DNA from: the human T2T-CHM13v2.0 reference genome, Homo sapiens
Strand: one strand, 5' to 3'
Length of the DNA: 64,000 bases
NCBI RefSeq assembly: GCF_009914755.1
Contig: NC_060931.1
Shown: positions 56,381 to 64,000 of the stretch, piece after piece
Layout of the letters: the number at the start of each line of letters is the position of its first letter
Position numbering within the stretch: position 1 is the first letter of the stretch
Program-made: the position numbers and the translations under genes
Notes under the pieces: generated by a model
Told to the model about the DNA's origin: nothing
Databases searched by the model: none
The model's input: only the letters and a program-made list of their open reading frames with translations

Positions 56381-57500
56381 TTTACCATTTGAAAGCATTG
56401 AATATATTCATCAGGCACACCTAACAGCAAACTGTTTTATATGGCTTATCAGATAGCTTGATACAAATGAAGGTGTTACATTTCATCTCGAGTTTGATTT
56501 TGCAAAAACTTTAGTAAGGAAGATGGTCTTCAGTCTTAATAAAAGCAAAATTAAAATATTTAGTATACTATATGCAGTGTATCTACATAATTCGGCAAAC
56601 TGTAACTTATACTCTTTTAGATCTTGCTAAGGAGTCTGGATATAGGGAAAATGGCTGAGTCTTCAAAAACTTTTTTTTAAACAAAATTCAATTTATTTGT
56701 TGGTTTGCTCAAAAGTGATTTTTTGGTTTGATCATTTTGCTTTGAACTTACTAGTTGTTTATGCTTGACTACCAGGCATATTGCAACTCAGAAGTGGATA
56801 ATAATCCAAGATCAGAATAAGTGACTCAAACACAGCAGCCAAGATGCTACCCAAAGGGAGTAGCCATTAAGCCTTTCATTTACCCTCAGATATTTATAAA
56901 GCATTATGACTGTCCTAAGTACTGGAGATTCAGATGTAAAATACATAGTCCTGATTTCAAGAAGTTTATTAGAGTATATGTGTGTGGAGGGGTGAGGAGA
57001 TGCCAGTTAACAAGCATAATTGAATAGTGTAAGTGCTGTCATGTGTGCTATAGACCTACAGAGTGTCAGCAGCTCACCCAAAATGTGAGTAGGAAGTTAG
57101 AAAACACAGCAATAAAAAATTAACCTCGATTTTGAGTTTTAAAGCATGTGTATAATTTTATCAAGTGAAATTGTAGTCTTGGGCAATGGGTGTTATACTG
57201 GACCAACAGGAATCACTAAAGAATTTTGAGCAGGAGAATGTCATGGTAATATTTCTACTTTAGAAATAAAAGGTATTTTCTTAATTTAATCTATGTACAT
57301 TAAAAGGAAATTCTAGGAACATGGTGTCTGAACTCAGATCTGTGAAGTCCTCTCTTTTAAACCCTTCTTGGAGAAAGACCATAGCCATGATGGAGCGGGA
57401 AAATTGATGTTAACTGGTATTAAGTAACTTTACTAGGTACCCTTAGTTGTGGTTTTCTTTATTACTAGCCTGTTTGGGTTCCTAGGGCTTCTCTAATTGG

Positions 57501-57881
57501 TGTCTTAGTCAGTTTGCACTGGTATAACAGAATACCATAAACTGGGTAGCTTAAACAACAAACACTTATTTCTCACAGTTCTGGAGCTGCAAGTCCAAGA
57601 TCAGGGTGACAGTATAATTAGGTTCTTGGTGAGGGCCCTCTTCCTGTTTTACAGACAACTCCTTTTTTGCTGTATTCTCAAACTGCAGAGAGAGAGAGAG
57701 AGAGCTCTGGTCTCTTTTCCTCTTCTTATGAGGATGCTAATCCATCATGAGGGCACCATCCTCATGATTTTGTTGAAGTTGATTACCTTCAAAGGCCCCT
57801 TCTCCAAATACCAATACATTGGGGGTTAGGGCTTCAACATATGAATTTGTTGGGGGACATAAGTATTCAGTCCAAAATAAC
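57501..57881 (-). mobile_element. MLT1A-like MaLR solo LTR
   Basis: TGTCTTAGTC...ATAACAGAATACCATAAACTGGGT...GGGCTTCAACATATGAATTT...CAGTCC. Confidence 0.88.
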
Positions 57882-59220
57882 TAGTTTTGAAAAGTTCTGT
57901 CATCATCTCTTCAAATATTTCTTCTACTCTTTTATATCTCCCTCCTCCTTCTGAATCTCCAGTTATATATATATTAGAACCTCTACCAATTTTCATGCTA
58001 ATTTCTGTAATGCATTTCAAAAAATTACTTTAGATATTTTCCTTTGACCATTTTTACAACTAATATACTGCAGATTACTAAATTGTGGTGTAGTCACACA
58101 ATTTAGTACTATCCAAAAATGAAATGAGTAAACAATAGCCATCACAGCCCTTATGTCAAGATTTTGAGATTTAACCCGAACTTACCCCATACAGTTGTTG
58201 TATGCACACAAAAATACATATAGTATAATTTCATGTGTATAAAGCTCAAGAATGAACAAAGTTAAAAACAGTAAATTTGTTTGATTATTCATAGGTGGTA
58301 CAATGAAGAGAAATGAATAGAAATAATATGCATGGGGTGATGGGGGGTGCTGCTAAAGGGATATGATGGAGATGGGCACACAACTGGCTTGAAAGAAAGA
58401 TCCATTCCTTAACCAGAGGAATATCGGTGTTGCTATGTAGGTGTTCATTATATTATTCTTATTGAAATGAACAGAAATAGTTTAAACATTATTTTGTCTA
58501 TATGACATATTTTCTCCACACAATTAAAGAAAACAAAGAAACTGCGGGGCCAGTATGTTGGGTTTCTTGTGTGAAAGGTAGATAGAAATGAGTGAGCCCA
58601 GCTGTGCTAGAGGACTGTGAAGAGGAGGAAGAGAAGGAAACTTTCAGAAGGAATGAGTTACAAAGTACAGAGGCCTCATGTACAATGGTTTGCACAATGA
58701 AATAGAAAGTGAGAACACTGACTCCATCACTTGAGATGGGTAAAGAGGGAATAAATATCCTTTGAAAATGCTATGGAAACAGCCATGTCACTGGGGGTAT
58801 GTTTTGAAAGCTTAAGTCAGTGGTATGAGCAGGCACAACATAGGAGGGTAATATTTTGGAAAACCATAGATGGGAGGTACAAACTAGTTGTGAAATGAGA
58901 TAAACACGTTCAGTCCTGAAATCTTTGGCAGGAAAGTGTGCAATTGCCCTGTGTTTAGATTGAGGAAAGGCGTCTATTTCTGCCTATTATAGTCAGATCA
59001 AATAATAGAAAAAATGACCACAAAATGAGTGGTTCTGTCTGTGGGGAAGGATGAGTTTCGGGCCAGTTTCTAAACTGATGAGTTTAGCCCTTTGACTTGG
59101 GTATTTATTCCTCATGGTCCTAATGGCCTCATGGTGCTAGTGAGGACCTATTTCTGATAGTGGTGTTTTTCTTTGAATTTGTAATCAATGCACATACAAT
59201 GACCTTAAATAATTTATGTT

Positions 59221-59408
59221 GGGAAGTTGGGGGCAAAGGGAGAGAGAGCATTAGGACAAATATCTCGGCATGTGGGGCTTAAAACCTAGATGATGGGTTG
59301 ATAGGTGCAGCAAACAACCATGGCACATGTATACCTGTGTAACAAACCTGCACATTCAGCACATGTATCCCGGAACTTAAAGTAAAATAAAAATAAAAAT
59401 AAAAAATT
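59221..59408 (+). mobile_element. Very short L1PA8-like 3' end with perfect TSD
   Basis: 3'UTR plus A tail; TSD AATAATTTATGTT at 59208-59220 and 59409-59421. Confidence 0.95.
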
Positions 59409-62066
59409 AATAATTTATGTTATCTCAGTTCTGATCTAAGCTATGTGGTCCTCTCTAAGCACATAGATGATTTGCATACTCTTTTGCCCTTTCATAGCTC
59501 TTTGTTTGAAAAAGGAGGTTGGGGGAGGTAGACCATTGATAAAAGTCTCTCCTACCTCTTTGCTTGGCTAAATCTTGCCCACCCTTCATTCGGGTTCTAG
59601 TTTATATGTGACTTCATGAGGGAAGTCAACCTTCATCTCTCATGTCTGATTTAGACACTCCTCTTGTGTCCTCTAGTATTCCGTCCTCTGTCAGAACACT
59701 AATCAAACTCAACTGTCATTGCTGGCTTAATGATATTTCAATGTTTAGTGAAAATCCTCTAGATAACTTAAAATATCCTTTTCCAGTAGCCATGAACTTT
59801 AGCAGCTCCAGGAAACATTGTTGTCAAATATTTTATTAATGCCCATCTTTGAACAATGCTGTATTAGGACAACTTTCTCATATACCACTTGAGAAGTTTT
59901 TCTTTTATGATTGACAGCTGAAGCCTGACAAGGGCCAGCCAACCAGTCAACACTGACTCATTTAGAGAACAACTTCATCTTAAACTGTTGAGAAGCAGAG
60001 GTGACAGCAATGTGTTTCCACACTATTAATATGTTAAGAGAAAGCGAGTAGGATTTTTACCCCAGCTAAGACAATAACACTAAAATACTGAAACTGTCAG
60101 GCTAAGCTAAGCAGGAATAGCCTGGGTCAGTATTTGGTGATGTCTCTGAGGAATACCTTCTGTAGAATAGCTATTTTAAGAAATAAATCAGTAACATGAG
60201 TATCTATGAGTCAGTTCTGCACTAGCTTTCTGGTTCAGAAAATGCCATACCAATGGAAATGGTGCCTTAACAATGATTCTTACTTTTGGTCTGTTATACT
60301 TGTGATTATTATTCCTCACAGGAGACTTGCCCATGCAGGGTAAATCATTTTCTGCAGTCCTAGAAGCTGGTGGATTCAAACTGAAACCTTTTAGGAGCAA
60401 GTGGTTTACAATTCAGTGAATAAGAGCAAAATTTATAATTCATCCTCTTCCTCCACTCTCCCAACACCTTATCAAGGTGTTCTAAAGTAGGAAGGCTGGG
60501 CAGGAAAGGCCACTGTCTCATGCCAGAAAGGTAGGGGTATCATATACAAATTATAAATGCCTAACAAATGCTGAGAAGGAACAAACTTCACTAAGCTGCA
60601 TTTTTGATATCTTGGGGGAAAATAAAGTGGAAGTGAGCTTTCCTCCAAAAAGAGTGAACAGAGCAGTTTTAAAATAACCAAATACTTATTAAGACATCAA
60701 AAATGGTGGTATATGAACAAATGTGTCAAGTAGCAATTATTTTGTGTGAAGGGGGCAAAATATTATATGTAAGTGTTTAAAATTGTCATTCTCCTCATTC
60801 AGGAAGATTTCTGTATTTGTCTTCTTAACTCTTGAGTTTTGTTGTTGCTAATATTGGATGAAGAGGAGACAAAATGATTGGATCTAGAGGAGCACCGACA
60901 AGCAAATGGCAGGTAATGAAAGAGTCCTTTCAAGGAGGATGGAGAAATGTTGGCACATATTCTAAGCTGAAAAAGACTCCTCTGATGGATGTCAAGCAGA
61001 GAAGAGATTCTCTGCATGTTTGGAGCAGTGGGCAGGAGTGGAGGAGGAATACCTGCATAGACAGGGAAGTGTGAGAAAATATGCATGCCAGAAAGTAAGG
61101 GATGTAGCAATAGAGAGATTTGACAGCAGCTGCTCGAATGCATAGATAGTTTGAAAGACACACCATTAATAGCATCACTGTAGACTGCAGTTAAGATGTC
61201 TTTTTAATGCATTTTGAATGTCAGATTGATGAGTTTCAGTTTGTGTGCTTGTTCATAAATCAACACTTTGCTGAGACTGGCTTAGAGGAAGTACACTTAT
61301 ATTCAGGGATGATATTCAAAACAACATATATGAACACAGACCAATAAGACAGTTGCCTGACCAATTAGGATGGAGGCCAGCCTTCATGCAAAATGGTGTG
61401 TAGCCACTCACAATGAGTCTTAAATTTCAGGTTACCATTGTGAGCTCTTAAAGAACAGTATTGTTCTTAGTTACTTTAAACAGAGTCAAACAAAATAATG
61501 AATGTTTTTATTATATATATCACATGATCCATATTATCATTTTTCACAATCATTAAAAATTTGAGGCCACAGAATTAAATGAAACTCCATTAAACCTTAG
61601 GGCTATAAAGCTATAGTAGGGTACTTCATATAATTGAGAAAAAAAATTAAAGAAGCTAGAGACACAGAAAGTAAGGCTTAAATATTTTAACCTTGATCTT
61701 GATTATTTTTCCAATATTAAAAAAAGCAAAAAAAATTTTAAAGTTATTAGAAATATAATCATTAGGCTAGTTCAATAGCAAATGAAGATTTACCAACTTT
61801 TGTTATTTTATATAAGTTCTATAGCCTTTAAATAAGGAGAAATTGCTTTAGATTTTGCTTAATATAAAGATTTAGAAGAAAATAATTTTCTCATTATTAG
61901 CCAATAACAAATCTGATAACTCTTAAAAGCTAAATCATTTGGAATAGAAACTTCTCATATGGTATTGCAATGGGTTTTCTAACACCGTAAAATGTAATAT
62001 TAGTAAAATAAATTTTGAGATATAATGATGGCCATCATGTTTTTCTGGAACAAATTTGCAAATTAA

Positions 62067-62506
<440 letters not shown>

Positions 62507-63156
62507 TGACATAGATGTTTTGGGCTTGTACTGTTTGCCGTGAATCTTACTAAAATTTAATTTATTTTAATAAGGAAATAGTGGTATTACAATTTACAAC
62601 TTTTTTTGTAGAATGGTAGAAAAATATTTCTAAAAAATACTTTATGGCAAATTACAAATAAGGATGGGCTGTTTTAAAGGTAAAATATAATTGGAGGAAA
62701 CCAATTTAATATTTTTTTCTAAAAAAAATTTTTTGTTTCTCTGTATTCATGTCTGAGCTCTAAAATTCTGTGGATATATAATTTGGCCCTAAGTTGTAAC
62801 TAATTGATCATTGTAAAAGAGCGGAAAACAATGACAGGGAAATAACTTTAGACGCTTGCTAACATTTATATAGATTTGGTTATTTTGCCAAATTTCACAA
62901 TTTGTTGTAATCTCAAGGAACACGTAACTGAAATTTGCACAAGCCACCACTGTATGATGTGTAGGTAAAGTGAACTGTTAGGTGTGGCAGAGAGAGCAAT
63001 TCTCCACAATGCTGTCTTCAATAGGTTAAGGTAAACAACTCTGAAATCCACAAACACTGTAGCTATAAAAAGAAATTTCCTTATATAGCAAGAATATAAG
63101 ACAACATTCAGTTCATTTTATGTTTCTACTTACCTTCTCTCATGTATATTTATATA

Positions 63157-63505
63157 ATACTGTTTGAATGTTGTCCCCTCCAAATATGATGAAATGTGAT
63201 CCCCAAAGTTAGAGGTGGGGCCTGGAGGAACATGTTGGGTCATGGGGGCGGATCCCTCCTGAATGGCTTGCTGCCCTTTTCATACCCACCTCTTGTTTGT
63301 TCCCTCTCTCTCCATGTGATGCACCTGCTTCCCCCTTCACCTTCTGTGGTGACTGGAAGATTCCTAGGCCCTCACCAGAGGCTGAGCAGATGTTGGTGCC
63401 ATGCTTGTACAAGTCTACGGAACCATGAGCTAAAATAAACCTTTTTTCTTTAGAAATTACTCAGTCTCAGGTATTCCTTTACAGTAATGCATATGAACTA
63501 ACACA
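63157..63505 (+). mobile_element. MSTB-like MaLR solo LTR
   Basis: GTTTGAATGTTGTCCCCTCCAAA...GGGTCATGGGGGCGGATCCCTC...AATAAACC...AACTAACACA. Confidence 0.85.
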
Positions 63506-63931
63506 ATATATAAACAGCAATGAAAGACATTTTTGATTACATTACATTTTGATATTACATTATTGTTTCTCTTCTAAGCCACAGTAAAGCTCTCACCCTA
63601 TTAAATACTGTTAGTTACTTGCTGGCTCCAGACCTCAAGCGATATGTTGAAGTCCGGTCATACTTTTATTCTTATATTTAATTACTAATTTTTTTTTGAT
63701 CAAGTCCAGGCATTAGGGGTAGCATAATGAAAATAATAGATCATTAACTTTCATTTCCATTGAAGACAGGTAATTTCTAAGAACAACATTGACCTTGACT
63801 AAAATTAATGCAGAATACAAGTCTGATGAGTATTACTTGCTCCATAAAGTAAGATTTTCAAGAGTCTTAACATTTCTAAATTCAATTCCCAGATTCTCTT
63901 CAATCTCAATATTAAATCAAATTCTAACTAT

Positions 63932-64000
63932 AGACTAGGCATACTGGCTCACATCTGTGATCCTAGCACTTTAGGAGGCTGAGGTGGGAGGATTGTTTGA
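63932..64000 (+). mobile_element. 5' start of an old Alu/FLAM, cut by the window edge
   Basis: TGGCTCACATCTGTGATCCTAGCACTTTAGGAGGCTGAGG. Confidence 0.85.

Noticed and set aside
60799-61178. Overlapping 66-120-aa ORFs in apparently unique sequence
   Set aside because: No recognisable domain or splice structure; lengths are compatible with chance.

Overview
This is AT-rich primate (catarrhine, human-like) genomic DNA, as shown by AluY/AluS/FLAM SINEs, L1PA LINEs, MaLR/ERV LTRs and Tigger/MER DNA-transposon fossils. I can support no host protein-coding exon, rRNA, tRNA, CRISPR array or CpG island, so the window reads as intergenic or deep intronic. Nearly all tracked ORFs are L1, Alu or microsatellite translations, or chance ORFs. 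The largest element is a dead L1PA7/8-like LINE (7424-11695). It keeps its 5'UTR but has an in-frame deletion of the RT core and no 3' end. The most unusual signals are structural. There are four local fold-back (inverted) duplications at about 12.9, 25.1, 33.0 and 36.4-37.0 kb; two of them copy an LTR terminus together with its host flank. There is also a probable ASR (Alu/snaR-related) Pol III retrocopy at 14.6 kb and a twin-primed L1 with a large junction gap. I found no convincing new multi-gene system. Repeat subfamily names come from recalled consensus sequences and need RepeatMasker/Dfam confirmation.
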